DNA of 64,000 nucleotides from Eledone cirrhosa (GCA_964016885.1 OZ024741.1:372310001-372374000), one strand, 5' to 3'; counted from the first letter of the stretch, positions 34,882-50,986 are shown. Notes: a model not told the origin generated them from the sequence alone. Made by a program: numbers and translations.

Positions 34882-35430
34882 TTCTATGGAATTCAACTTG
34901 ACTTATTGGCACTTATTGCTCTTTTACTACCGCCCAGTCTATTTCTATACTACTGTAGATACTGAAAACTTTAACACACAGTGGTGTATGGGGTGCAATG
35001 TGACAATTTGGACATATTGTTCTTTTACCACTGTCCAGTCTATTCTGATATGCCTGTTAATACTGGTGATGATCACAGCAGAATAGGCAATGTGAAATCG
35101 GTCAGAGCATGACAGCTGCTGTTACTCTGCACTTGCCTATGATGGTGTGGACACCAGCATAGTCTGTGATGGCCAATTAGATTATTGATGTTGCTGTTAT
35201 GCATGGTATTCCAGACATTTCATCTTTTTTTATATCTAGATTCTAGATTTCCATCTCCCCTATTAGTTTACCGCTGTTGGTCCCGGGTTGCTTATTCGCC
35301 CGGCAGTTACCAGCTTATATCACAACTAGCCATCATATCTGGTGGCCGCATCACTATCTGCCCCCTGCGACGCGTTCTCTAGTAGAAAAAGCTCTGCAGA
35401 TATCTAATTTGTCCAATGTACCGTATTCTT

Positions 35431-35710
35431 GTGGAGGCACGTGGCCTAGTGGTAAAGGTGTTGGACTTACGATCATAATGTCATGGGTTCTATTCCTGGG
35501 TTGCGTGTTGTGTTCTTGAGCAAAAACATTTCATTTCACGTTGCTCCAGTATACTCAGCTGAAAATGAGTACCAGCAATAGCTGGGGGTTTAACCCTGCG
35601 ATGAAATGGCGTCCTGTCCAGGGGTTAGTCTTGTGCTCTCAGTCGCTTCACGCCATGAAACCGGAATAAGCACCAGCCAAATGAGCCTTCTGGCTTAAGA
35701 CAGACTTTAG
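35431..35710 (+). mobile_element. tRNA-derived SINE family 2 (representative copy)
   Basis: A-box GTGGCCTAGTGGTAAAG, B-box-like GGTTCTATTCC, central CTTGAGCAA...TTTCACGTTGCTCCAG. Related heads at 27670-27883(-), 33050-33320(-), 48360-48700(+), 50190-50383(-), 52190-52492(-). Confidence 0.75.
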
Positions 35711-36699
35711 ATTTTAGATCCGTATTCTTAGACAGTAGGTGTGTGGTTTAGGCATGTTTAAAGGAGATTTAACTGGTTATTTCTAGCAGGACGTGTGATC
35801 TCGTAAAGGTTTTCTTGTTGGCTCATGGTAGTTGGGGTTCTTAGTGCTGTTGAGACCTCCTCTCCACCGCCCATCAACCTCACACATATATAACTTTCCT
35901 GTTGTTAACATTCTGTTACAATGTTCTGTCTTGTCCCGTGATATCTGTCCCCTCCCCACATACACATACATATGAACACAAACACACACTCACATATATA
36001 CTGACGTACACACAAACACACACACACACACACATACGTGAATACATACAAACATATATATAGAGAGAGAGTGAGAGAGAGGCACGCGAACACACACGCA
36101 CATACACACAGAGACATACAGAGAGAGAGAGGGAGAGAGGGAGAGAGGGAGCGAGAGAGACAGAGAGAGAGGCACACAGACACACGCTCACATTCCTGTG
36201 TATAGTGAGACTATAACAATTACTGCGCTGCACTCACTGACACCAAGGTTAAGGTGATGAACCGGCTTTACTAAAGCACTAATCATTTTAGAGACCACCA
36301 TCCTCTACCACACCCACTTCTATCTCCACTCACCTCCCACCCTACACACAACCAGCATCAGAGCCGAATTAAGTCCTTTCGAGGCTCTAAGCACATAAAA
36401 TATAATTGTTTCTACTTTTGGCACAAGGCCATCAATTATCCCAGTGTATTACTGGTACTTTATTTTATCGACCCCGTAAGGATGAAAGGCAAAGTTAACC
36501 TCGGCGGGATTTGAACTCAGATCATAAAGGGCCGTTACTCTTTGCTGCTAAGCATGGCATCAGACCCTCTACCGATACTGCCAATCCACCAATGCCCCTC
36601 ATATATAAAGTCTAAAAAAAGCAATATTTTAATTTGAATAAAATTTATGACACGTAAAAGAAAATAATACTTAAAATAATATGCATTTTAATTATATAC

Positions 36700-36818
<119 letters not shown>

Positions 36819-37066
36819 ATCAAAAGATGGTTAAAGGAGTTCCATATATTTTATTATGCGCATTTCAAAAACAAACATCATCAAGCAATAATATTTGTGT
36901 TTTCATCAGATAAAACAGGAGAACATGATATGAAGGCTAAAAAACACTTGTTGATAGTGCAGTTTTAAATCAACATATATTATGCATACTCCAGTCCCAC
37001 AAACTGTAGAGTGCTTCTTATCCGATATCTGCATTGCTTTATTGTACTACAATAAAACTCACCTCC

Positions 37067-38988
<1,922 letters not shown>

Positions 38989-39309
38989 TATATATATATA
39001 TATATATTGCTATATTTGGGGAGGGTCATATTGTTATAATATTGCCAGAAATAATTGTTTCTACTTTTGGCACAAGGCCAGCAAATACCCAGTGCATTAC
39101 TGGTTCTTTATTTTATCGACCCCGTAAGGATGAAAGCAAAGTTAACCTCGGTGGGATTTGAACTCAGAATATTGCCAGAAATAATAATAATAAAACACAC
39201 TTCCTGTTTGGTTTGGATTGGTTTTCGCTTCTGTACCTTTTATATCTCCATAGTTGATTTATCTGGCAATCAATGTTTCTCATTGATTGACCAACGGTTA
39301 AAAATACAG

Positions 39310-39341
<32 letters not shown>

Positions 39342-39408
39342 CATATATATATATAGTCTATATATTTCATAGCAAAAACCTTGCAAAACAAATATATAAA
39401 ACATTAAT

Positions 39409-39490
39409 CGCTGCGGGCAGGATTCGAACCTGCGCGGGTATAACCCATTGGATTTCAAGTCCAACGCCTTAACCACTCGGCCACCACAGC
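39409..39490 (-). tRNA. tRNA-Ser (anticodon TGA)
   Basis: 82 nt, GCTGTGG...CCGCAGCG acceptor, D-loop TGGCCGAGTGG, anticodon arm TTGGA-CTTGAAA-TCCAA, long variable arm, GGTTCGAATCC T-loop, downstream TTTT. Confidence 0.92.
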
Positions 39491-39609
39491 CAGTGCAGAA
39501 AAAATCGTATATATATATGTGTGTGGGTGTGTGTATATATATATATATTTATATACATATACATATATATATAATATATATAATATATATTACGCATATG
39601 TTAGTACTG

Positions 39610-39691
39610 GCTGTGGTGGCCGAGTGGTTAAGGCGTTGGACTTGAAATCCAATGGGTTATACCCGCGCAGGTTCGAATCCTGCCCGCAGCG
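39610..39691 (+). tRNA. tRNA-Ser (anticodon TGA), identical inverted copy
   Basis: Exact reverse complement of 39409-39490. TTTT Pol III terminator at about 39699. Confidence 0.92.
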
Positions 39692-39798
39692 ATTAATGTT
39701 TTATATATTTGTTTTGCAAGGTTTTTGCTATGAAATATATAGACTATATATATATATGTATTATATATATATATATATATATGTATTTTATATATATA

Positions 39799-40605
39799 TC
39801 TAATATATATTTGTGAAATGGGCGGGGGTTGAAATTCAAATGTGCACGGTTAAATGGTAATAGACGTGGTCGGACTGGTATGAAAATTTACACACCTATG
39901 TAAAAACTGCCAAGGAAGCAAATAGACGAGATTTCAAATCTCTAACTTGAAAAATGTGGTCCCTGGGGCCCCAAAACTATCGCGTTCGGTGAGTTATTAC
40001 CCCCTGTTCTAATACTTTTGTCTTATTTACAATTTCATCAACGTTCTTTCGCTGTTAACATGCAGTACCAATAATTTGAAAAATAGTATTGAAAGTTTAT
40101 TATAAAGAAGCAGTTTCAGGAAAAAGTGTAAACTATCATACAAACCTTCATAATATACATTTTTAAACTTGCATATCATCGACATTGCTATTTCGCTGTT
40201 AATAAACTATCATCCTTCTACATTTAACGATCATACAGTACCGTTTTATGAAATCGATTCTGTAGTACGGTCACTGTTTTCCATCAAAAGAAATAAAACC
40301 CTTATCGCCAAACCCTTAAATTGCGAAGAAGGGACGCGTGTTTTTATTTTAATTCTAATACATGTTAACCACCACTAACAGTAAGTAGTATTTTTCAAAT
40401 TGCATATCATCGACATTGCTATTTCGCTGTTAATAAACAACGCTTTTCACGTCGCTCCACTTCTCATTGTACGCCGTCCAGCCCCAAGTGCATATTTCTA
40501 TTTTTTTCCCTGAAACTGCTTCTTTATAATAAACTTTCAATAATATTTTTCAAATTATTAACTTAATAAAAAGTGGCCCCGGGTGCAACCGGGCTCAGCT
40601 GTTAG
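39799..40605 (+). mobile_element. Non-autonomous Helitron
   Basis: 5' TCTAATATATA. 3' hairpin CCCGGGTGCAACCGGG, then TTAG|T (CTAG variant). Lies in a TA tract. Internal inverted repeat 40070-40125/40503-40560. Confidence 0.6.
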
Positions 40606-41510
40606 TATATATATATATATGAAAATTGTATTAGAAAATCTCGCTGTAACTTAGATTAAATAAAATAGTCTTATAGTAATGGACTGTATAAACCTACTGA
40701 ACGGGAAAAAATGGGCATCAGCGCGCACAAAGGAATCGAAGACACATCTCTTGTTTGCCGGACAAATTGGCAGTATCGGTAGAGGGTCGGATACCATGCT
40801 TTCCAGCATAATTACGTCCCTTTACGGTCTGAGTTCAAATCCCATCGAGGTTAACTTTGCCTTTCATCCTTACAGGGTCGATAAAATAAAATACCAGTAA
40901 TGCACTGGTGTAATTGCTGGCCTTGTGCCAAAATTAGAAACAATTATATACATATGTATATATATAATATTTATTATAAGTTTTTCATTTGTTACCTGCT
41001 TCTTTTTCTGGACCAGGATTCAGCTATGAATGAGAAATCGTCTTGGTTCCTCTCTCCTCTTGATGTTCTAAGCATTTGTATATTTTGCTTAATGGTTAAT
41101 CCAGCGCTGATCAGCATCAGCATCATTATCACCATCCTATAACACTACGCCAGAACAATATCCGCACTCCCCACCGCCACCACCACTACTATCACACTCA
41201 TGACCTGTGTTTACAACTTTTGTTGTAAACACAACTCAATTTTCTTTGTTAGCCTTTCTGCTACTATTAGTACTAAAACTTCCTGTCTGAGAGAGAGAGA
41301 AAGAGGGGGGGGGGTATCTTAAAGCTGGTCTTCAAAAAACTACCAAGATTAGAGACGCAATATAGTGTCAACGATCAACCAACCATAAACAAGATATTTT
41401 AGTTCATGGAGGCCATGAAAAGATTCAACAAGAGAAACTTTAAACTTCTTATAACTAATTTGGTCTTTCAACTTTTCTTATATGTTTCTTTTGCTTCATG
41501 TTTTCCTTTT

Positions 41511-41575
<65 letters not shown>

Positions 41576-41789
41576 TCTGTTACTTAATTACAAATGGTAT
41601 TAGATACCTCTCATTGTCTGTCATGGCTTATTAGTTCTACACGGACGTTTAATTGATTAAATAAAAGTGTCAAAATCTGAATTGTAAAATCATTTATTAA
41701 TTTCATTTATTATATTTAATCATTTTAAACGTCTGAATAGTAGAACTAATAAGCCATGACAGACTAGGAGAGGTATCTAATACTCCTTG

Positions 41790-41825
<36 letters not shown>

Positions 41826-41868
41826 CATCAATCGCCACCTGACGGTGTCCAGCAGAAGCAAGGGAGAC

Positions 41869-41914
41869 AATTATCGATGCATTTCGAACTGAACTGGTTC
41901 TCATCAGGACGATC
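41869..41914 (-). ncRNA. Hammerhead ribozyme
   Basis: GATCGTC-CTGATGA-GAAC CAGTTCA GTTC-GAAA-TGCA-TC/GATAATT, with palindromic stem III ATGCAT. Confidence 0.8.
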
Positions 41915-42151
41915 CATCCTGGTCTTCTAACTACTGGACTTGAAAACAGGCGAGAATATCTAGTTTCTCCATCTGTATAAATAAAGTGATTAATCTTATT
42001 TGTATATAAAGCGGCATAAGTTGGCTCAACTTAGAATAGAATTATATACTTATAAATGTATATATATGAGTACTTCTGTCTGTGTGAATGTATGTGTGTG
42101 TGAGTGTGCGTGTGTATGTGTGTGTGTGTGTGTGTGTCTGCGTGTGTGTGT

Positions 42152-42219
<68 letters not shown>

Positions 42220-42566
42220 CTGTGTGTGTGTGTGTATAAAAATTCAGTAAGGAAAATCTACACGGGAGAACAATACACTACAATGATGATATATATTAGT
42301 TTAATGCTTGATATAGAAAGAAAACAGTCTTTACGTTTCGGACATTTGTCCTTCACCAGAAGTTAAAATGAGGGGGGGGGGGATGAAATAGAAAGATAGA
42401 GGGTAAAAAAAGGAAGAAACGGAATTTTTTTTCTTTTAAAAAAATGCACGTGTGTATTCAGTCAGCCATTTAAAAGAAAAAATATAAATATATAGAGAGA
42501 GATAGGTTTATATTCGTACACTCGTAAATATGTATATTAATAAACAGTAACACATACACACACATG

Positions 42567-42630
<64 letters not shown>

Positions 42631-42984
42631 AGAGAGATGGGTGGACAGACAGACAGACAAAGAGTTCTAGTTTATTTAAACTATCACTTTTATCTTTGAA
42701 TTCTTTAGCAAAGTGGTATAGCAGTAAATTGCAGATATCTATCGCCGAATCCAGCAGACATGAAATAGTGCTGATAATGTAATGTTGAAAGTATCTGTTC
42801 CCAGAGAAAGTTCAAATGTCATCCTTTGTTATGTTATATTGTATACAACTGCTCATCAGTTTTTAGAAGAGTGGAATAGGCGGCAATTTGTTACAACAGT
42901 TTACGGATCAACCCTTCCCACTTTGCCACACACTCTCCTCCAAAAGGACGCTGAGCTGTTTATTGAATGAAATCAATCCCATTT

Positions 42985-43058
<74 letters not shown>

Positions 43059-43324
43059 AGAACAATATGGTTTCTTATTTAGGCACAATGCCAGCAATTA
43101 TGGGGGAGGGTGAACACGATTAAATTGATCCCAATATGTTACTGGTACTTATTTTAGTGAACCCCGTAAGGATAAAAGTCAAATCTAACCTCGGCATAAC
43201 AATCATAACAATAATAATAATCACATATATATACTCTCTCTCTCTATATATATATATAAATATATATATATAGATATAGATATATATAGATATAGATATA
43301 TATACAACCTTATCGAGTGCTTTG

Positions 43325-43373
<49 letters not shown>

Positions 43374-43376
<3 letters not shown>

Positions 43377-44097
43377 TAATCTATAAAGCTCAGTGTGTGG
43401 TCATGCTCCTTCGTTATAGAAATCTACGATATAGAATTTCTTCAATTGAAATTTACAATTCAGTATTCGAAATAGCTTCGATTGCGTCTTGATGCAGATA
43501 ATATTTTCAATTTCACCCACAATTACGCAAAAATAGATAAAACTCAATATTTTACGATTTTTCTCTCTCATTTAAACTGCTGAACTCTTTCTACTACCAT
43601 TCAAAATCTATACAACTTCATACTTTCTGCTACTTTCTCTTTCCAAGCTTGATGGTGATACTGTCCGTTCACACCACTCCCTACTGTCTTAAATTTAGAA
43701 AACACATATCCTCTATGAGGTTACTAAACCTGCTAGAAACAGCAGCTAACTCTCCCCCATATCACACCCCTCCCCACACTACTCCCTACTGTCTTAAATT
43801 TAGAAAACACACAGACAACCATGCAGAACAATTCCATCGCAGCTCTGTTGTTCGGCTGGCATCGTCTACGCGCGTGTTGCGCAAGTACTGTGAAACAATA
43901 AATTTCAACACTTTTTTGCACAGAGATAATATCCATAGGCGAAACTACAATTGTCACTGCTGGCGCAGCTCATGCTTCCAGGTCTGCAATTCATTCACCC
44001 AGTGCCTGGCAGACAAAAAAGTGCTGCCATAAAATGGGTGGTGCAACCTAACTTTGGTAACTTAATGACCCCGAGCAACGCCGGGCTTTAATGCTAG
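43374..44097 (+). mobile_element. Non-autonomous Helitron
   Basis: 5' TC following A. 3' GC-rich hairpin CCCGAGCAACGCCGGG, then CTAG followed by T. No TSD. Confidence 0.7.
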
Positions 44098-44552
44098 TAT
44101 TTATATACAGCAAAGCATTCGATAAGGTTGTAGGCCTTGACAAATTGAAAATTGCGGCAGGTAAACTTAGCCACATAATACCAAATCAACGAAAAAAGGT
44201 TAGACAACTGACCTGGACAAATCGAACGATATTATGCAATACGTCCGATAGGTTTCTATGAATCTGAAATCCTCAATCCAACTTGCGCAATATGCAAGTT
44301 TGTTAATCACCTCATTTACACAGACGAGAAAACTATATATTCTCGACTGTTTTCAAGTCCAGCAGTTGCAAGCGGTGGGAGGGACCGTCCTGAAGAAGGC
44401 CAGTCAAGCATGAAATGCATAGACGGTTGTCCCCTTGCTTCTGCTGGACACCACCAGAGGGCGTTAGCCCCGGTGTTTGCATACCGTGTTTCTTTAGAAA
44501 TACGAAATTTCTATACATATTTTTATAACGCTATGCTTGAAGCGAAACCCTA

Positions 44553-44611
<59 letters not shown>

Positions 44612-44693
44612 TGAGATGAGCAGAACAAACAAACATTAAACAATCCTTTAAATAAATAAAAAAAAATGATTTAAATATCTATCTGTTCATAAT

Positions 44694-44774
44694 GCTATTA
44701 CCGGCGGTTTCGCTTTACAAAACATAAAAAATTCAGAGAATTTCTAACGGAAAAGTAAAGTTCATCAGATAGCT
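44694..44774 (-). ncRNA. Hammerhead ribozyme with extended stem II
   Basis: GCTAT-CTGATGA-ACTTTAC...GTAAAGC-GAAA-CCGCCGG-TA/ATAGC. Relative at 55715-55795(-) with core CTGAAGA. Confidence 0.75.
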
Positions 44775-45184
44775 ATTTCCATCCTATAGGATTAAGTCCC
44801 ACAACCAGCAAATATAATGCCAACTACCAGCTCGTATGAGTTATGACCGTTAAAGTGACCCACACGTGAACTGGCCGCTAGTGAAAATTAGTACCATGGA
44901 ACAACAATTATATTATAGACACCCTATATATCCCTATGGGTACTTAGTACTCAGAGAGATATTTACCTCATTTTATATATTCTCCAATCTATGTAGAGAA
45001 AAAAATTCGTTGTTGCTTACTGCTATTTTTTTAGCAGCAAAGCCATCAACACGTCTGTAATATTCCCGCTTTCACACAAAAGATTAGAAATTCTCTGAAT
45101 TTCTAATCTTTTGTAAAGCGAAACCGCCGGTAATAGCATTATGAACAGATAGATATTTAAATCATTTTTTAAATTTATTTAAAG

Positions 45185-45522
45185 CAGGGGTTCTCAACCT
45201 TTTTTTCGCTGTGGACCACCAAAATAAGTATTTTTTTCCTGTGGACCACCTAAACTTTTAAATCTTTTGTAATAGAACTGCTACTTATAAGCATCAGTTG
45301 ATGTTTTTTTTCAATGAATTAGAAAATGCTATTATCCTGTCGCAGTGCCTAAAAATCTAGGCAAATAAACAGCTGAAGTCGTATTTATGCGAAGAATAAG
45401 AACAGCGCTTTAAGTCAAATGCATGGATCAAAAAAGAATTTGCTATTGAAAATTTTCTGTGGACCACCTGAATTTTCCTGTGGACCACTAGTGGTCCACA
45501 TGGACTAGGTTGAGAACCCCTG
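45185..45522. mobile_element. hAT-type MITE nested in a fold-back module
   Basis: TIR CAGGGGTTCTCAACC / GGTTGAGAACCCCTG. Perfect 8-bp TSD ATTTAAAG. Subterminal GTGGACCAC repeats. Confidence 0.92.
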
Positions 45523-45670
45523 ATTTAAAGGATTGTTTAATGTTTGTTTGTTCTGCTCATCACAATTTTTATAGTTCTGGTACCTCAAATTAGTACCATG
45601 GAACAACAATTATATTATAGACACCCTATATATCTCTACGGGTACTTAGTACTCAGAGAGATATTTACCT

Positions 45671-45725
<55 letters not shown>

Positions 45726-46593
45726 GAAAATAAAAGTTACAGGCGAAAGAGGGCAATATCCATCGTCAGTTGTCTGCTAGGATTCATAGGTATTTCTTCG
45801 CGTTAGAGACAAGATACCTCAGCCTAGGGTGAACAATAACTAAAATAAGTTATTGGCATAAAAAAGTGGGGAGAGAGAAAAAATGTAAACAGACACGAAG
45901 GGTGAAGCAATGAAAAGAGAGGAAAATCAAGTCAACAACTCATTTGGAACAAGTTCTGGCGGGTTTGACGATAAAAAAAGACACGTCTTCACTGTAGCGG
46001 TGTGAGCGAGAGAAGAGACTGCTTACAGTGGCGGACGAGGGAGGAAGTGAGCTAGCGGAGAGAGGGTGACTAGCAGAGAGAGAGTGAGTGAAAGTAAGAG
46101 GAAGCGAGAAAGAGATAGTTATAGTGGCAGGCTAGCCGAGAGAAGGTGACTAACAGGAGAGGGAGAAGAAGAGAGAAGGGGGAGAGACGATGGCAACAAG
46201 GGGAGAGAAAAGAGACAGGTCACAGCTGAGAAGGAATCTATGTGAATAAAATGGTGAGCTGTGGGGTTACAATTAAGTATAATGAAAATAAAAGATACGG
46301 GCGAAAGAGGGCAATATCCATCGTCAGTTGTCTGCTAGGAATCCTGGTATTTCTTCGCGTTAGAGGCTTCTTCTTACTTTCACTCACTCTCTCTCTGCTA
46401 GTCCCCTCTCTCCGCTAGCTCACTTCCTCCCTCCACTGTAAGCAGTCACTTCTCTCACTCACACCGCTGCAGTGAAGAAGTGTTTTTTTTTTCTCGTCAA
46501 ACCCGCCAGAACTTATGTTCCAAATGAGTTGTTGACTTGATTTTTTCCTCTCTTTTCGTTGCTTCACCCTTCTTGTCTGTTTACATCTCTCTC

Positions 46594-46631
<38 letters not shown>

Positions 46632-46789
46632 CCCTTTTTTGTCCCAATAACTTATTTTAGTTATTGTTCGTCCTAGGCTGAGGTATCTTGTCTCTAACGC
46701 GATTCCTAGCAGATAACTGACGATGGATATTGCCCTCTTTCGCCCGTAACTTTTATTTTCATTATACTTAATTGCAACCACACAGCTCG

Positions 46790-46841
<52 letters not shown>

Positions 46842-47451
46842 CGAAGAAGGTGTGGTAAGGAACCAGTTGGACCATAACGCACCAGAGTACTCGATACTTT
46901 GGGTAGTAGAGTGAGTAATAGAAAAAGATGTCAGAACCCCGACGGCAGAGCTCTGCCGTTGGGGTTCTGACTCTTTTCCTATATACACACATATATATAT
47001 ATATAGTAATAATTGTTTCTACATTTGGCACAAGGCCAGTAATTATCCCAGTGCATTACTGGTACTTTATTTTATCGACCCCGTAAGGATGAAAGGCAAA
47101 GTTAACCTCGGCATAGTAATAATAATAAATGTGAAGACGAAAATCCAAAGGGGACTCAATAACGGTGAAAGCAGCGATTCTTTGCTTAAACTTTAATCTG
47201 TTATTTTAATAAATACATATTTATATGTATTTTAATTGCCAACCACCCCCGAGTGCTTTAATTTATTGCATCATGGTTTACTAACCAGAATGATTTTTAT
47301 AATGTTTACGGTCTTTTCTGTAACTTTGTTGCTGTTTATCTTGTTCAATGTGCAGCGTCTTTATTTTCAATAATTAACTTCTGTCATCAGTTAACTCGGA
47401 CAATCAGCAAAAATAGACAACCTATTAATACGGTTTAACTAACGTTCACTT

Positions 47452-47561
<110 letters not shown>

Positions 47562-48746
47562 GCGTGTGTGTACACGTGTATGTATGTCATATGTGTGTCA
47601 TATGTATGAACCAAAATTCGTTTGCTTATAAACAAACCTCTATTTAAACGCGCGCACACACACACACATGCGCGCACACGCACACATGTACGACTACATG
47701 TTCATGTGTGCAAACCTTATGTGCTTGTCTGTTTTAATGCAAACAAGCTTTTTAGAGATTGGTTAAGGCTCATGTTGCATTGTGTTTATTTGAAAAACAC
47801 TTGAATGTTGGAAATCAAAAGCAAACAAACTGAATACCAGATAGCACTTTCAATATCAAACTGTCTACTCTAAGCGTTTTCTATTGCGAAGTATCGGCGG
47901 AGCTTGACACTTACCAACTTACTATCTTTGATGTGATTCATGAGGAGAATCAATCAGAGAGCCATATTCTTCATACCAAAAGAGAAAATGTCATAGAATT
48001 TTGCTCTAAATCATAACCCAGGGGCTCCCAACCTGGGCGAAATCGCCAACTGGCGAGCGATTTCAACTGTTGAGTGGGCGATGAACATCCGATCAGGAAA
48101 TGGTGGGCGATTGGAAATTTTTGTGGATGATATAGGATTTTGAGTATTAAGAAACTATTTCAATATATGCTACTCGAAAAAAGATATTCAAAGGAGATAT
48201 GTGAAAAACCTGTATTAAAAAATAGGAGGCTAAATGGGAATAACGAACCAACTTTTACCAAACATTTTTGGTATGCTTTTGAATATTTATTATACAGGTG
48301 GGATATGGAAACATTTTCATGTGAAAAAAAGTTGGGAACATCTAAACTAACCCTGTTAACGTAGCATGGCTGAATGATGAGTAAGTTCGTTTTGCACTAA
48401 TTAAGTCACAGGTTCAATCCCACCACGTGTCGTCCTGGGTAAGTATCATTTACCATTGGCTCGAGTTAAGCCATGCTTTTTGAGTGAAACTGTGTAGACG
48501 GAGACTGTTTGGAAGTCCGTCAGATGAACTGTACCTGCAATTCAAAGAGTCGGACTTGACACATACTTTGTCTGTAGAAGCTTCATGAGGATGATGTTAA
48601 GAGTGCATGTGTCTGTTGAATGCTCAACCATTTGCATGTGAATTTCACGGTCCGGCTATTGCGTTGTTGAAATAACTGGAGTACATGTCGTCAGAAACGA
48701 CGAAGGTCCAACAACAACAACAACAACAATCTCTAATCTTCAACTC

Positions 48747-48931
48747 CAGGCATGTCAGACATGAGGCCCGCAGGCCACATGCGGCATTTTACAAACGCAC
48801 CTACGGTCCGCACAAAGGTTTTTACAGCGTAAAATTAGTTGTAATGTGCGCGATTAGTTGTCGTGTGTGGCTGTCAGACAAGACATATGTGACCTATGTG
48901 GTCCTTGGGGACCCTCAGTTTTACATGCCTG
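48747..48931. mobile_element. hAT-type MITE, same family as 34551-34881, opposite orientation
   Basis: TIR CAGGCATGTCAGAC / GTTTTACATGCCTG. TSD TTCAACTC/TTCTACTC (7 of 8 match). Confidence 0.8.
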
Positions 48932-49052
48932 TTCTACTCCACTAACCAAACTGTTATATGAGTAAGTAGTACTCCTGTAGACAAAACCCTTGAGTCACTC
49001 ATCTTGTATTCTCATCGGTATTATATCACTTAGTGGCCGCAACAATGGTTAT

Positions 49053-49445
49053 TTCTTCTTCACCCACTTATCCCTGAGAGGGTCGTGGGGGCAGAGTCCT
49101 CAAAACCTCCCTCCAGCAGGTCCTGTCAGAAGCAACCGTCTCTAATTGATAGGGTTGGATCCCCAAGCAAGACCAGCCGAGCTCATGGATGTTATCCAAC
49201 TACCTTACTCGGGGTCTACCCCTGGGTCTCCTGTCGGTTGGTTTTGCCCGTAAAATATGTCTAATGATTCTTTCCTGAGACCTCACCACATGCCCATAGT
49301 ATTGGAGCTGTGATCTCTCAATTCGGAAAAGAAGCAGCTCAACTTAGAGCGACTCTCTGATCACCAATCTACGCATTCTATCGAGTAACGTTACTCCAAA
49401 GACCCTTCGGAGGAACCCCTCCATTTCGGCCGTTTGTATTCGTGA
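49053..49445 (-). mobile_element. RTE-type LINE 3' fragment, same family as 1120-1955
   Basis: Its reverse complement matches about 1585-1955 (for example acgaccctctcagggataagtgggtgaagaagaa). Confidence 0.8.
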
Positions 49446-50986
49446 TCAATGGTTACTAACTGATATAATACATTTGCTTAACTTTGGTTTATATAATAAA
49501 CTACCGAGGAGTAAATATAACATCAACCGCATAAAAGATACCAAGCAAACTGAGGTTGCATTCTGATTCGTTACCTACGTTATCATAATTAAGAAATTAG
49601 AGAAAGAAATTAGAAAGAAATTTATGTTTTCTCTGTTATTACAATTTTTGAAAATATTGAAACGGAATTGTATGGTATGATTCCGTAACTCCTGATGGAA
49701 TCATAGAGGCGTTTCTTGGGCATTTTAAACCTTGCAGAGCCCTCCCCTCTCTAGGTCTGACAGAGCAAATTTCTTCCAGGGAAAGATAGAAAGTAAGAGT
49801 GAGGAAATGAGAAAGAGACAGAGGATGAATCGACCCCATTACTAGACTGGTATTTTTTTTTTATTGACCTCGAAAAGATGAAAGACAAAGTTGATCTCGG
49901 CGAGATTTGAACTCAGAGAGCCGGAACAAATACCACAAAGCATTCTATCCGTCATTCTAATGACTCACCACCTAGTGAAATGGAATATGGGGCTTAAATA
50001 CGTAAGGATACCATTTCATACGGACACAAAAACCGTTATATTTGAATATCATATTACATATCACTCGATACAAAACAGTCAAAGCACTCACAGAAAGAAA
50101 GCTGTAGCGCTTTTCGAATTATAACATTGAATCAATAATTATAGATCGACAAAATACCCAGACCTCATTCGCTAACCGAATGGGATGGAGCTCGTCAAAT
50201 CGGACCGAGGAAGCAATGTTTCCATTGGTCTTTCTAATTGTTGATACTATCTAACGGCCGCAACTCGTAGCAGAATTAAAGTGTCTTGCTCGTGGACATA
50301 ACGTATCAACCGGTCCGGGAATCGAACTCACAACCTCACGATTGCGAATTCAATTATCTAACCACTAATCCACGCGCCTTCACTGACATTATAACATTAA
50401 TTGCCATTCTGAGTTCAAATCCCGCCGAGGTTAACTTTGCCTTTCATCCTTACGGGGTCGATAAAATAAAGTACCAGTAATGCTCTGGGTAATTTCTGGC
50501 CTTGTGCCAAACGTAGAAACAATTATAACATTAATTGGATTGGTAATATCGGTAGAGCGTCGGACAACATGCTTAGAGGCATAAAGTTGCAGACCCTTAC
50601 GTTCTGAGTTCAGATCACATCGAGGTTAACGTTCCCTTTCATCCTTACAGGGTCAATCAAATAATGTACCAGTAATGTACTGAGGTCGATTTAATTGACT
50701 TTCCCTTTCCCCAAATCAGAAACCATTAATCTCTATTAATTCCCTTCAAATTCTGTGGCTATCAAATACCGAAATCCCGGAAAAATCTTCGCTCTAGGAC
50801 TACAAAATACTTCAGCCCTGATCTCAATAAAACCCAGCTCATCCTCAATAAAACCCCAATACGACATGTATTGAACTACTTCTGGTATATCTGGTGTAGT
50901 ATGGTTGCTGTACATTCAAACATCTCCAAAATGTCATTCGGCTAATATTGTTCTATCTATCAGTCTCTTCTACCACTGCTACAGTA

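Noticed and set aside
45722-46770. CTAGG-CTGAGGT...GAAA...CCTAG in a large fold-back module as a hammerhead
   Set aside because: The fold-back is real (about 45722-46100 versus 46370-46770) but the core and stem II are too degenerate to call.
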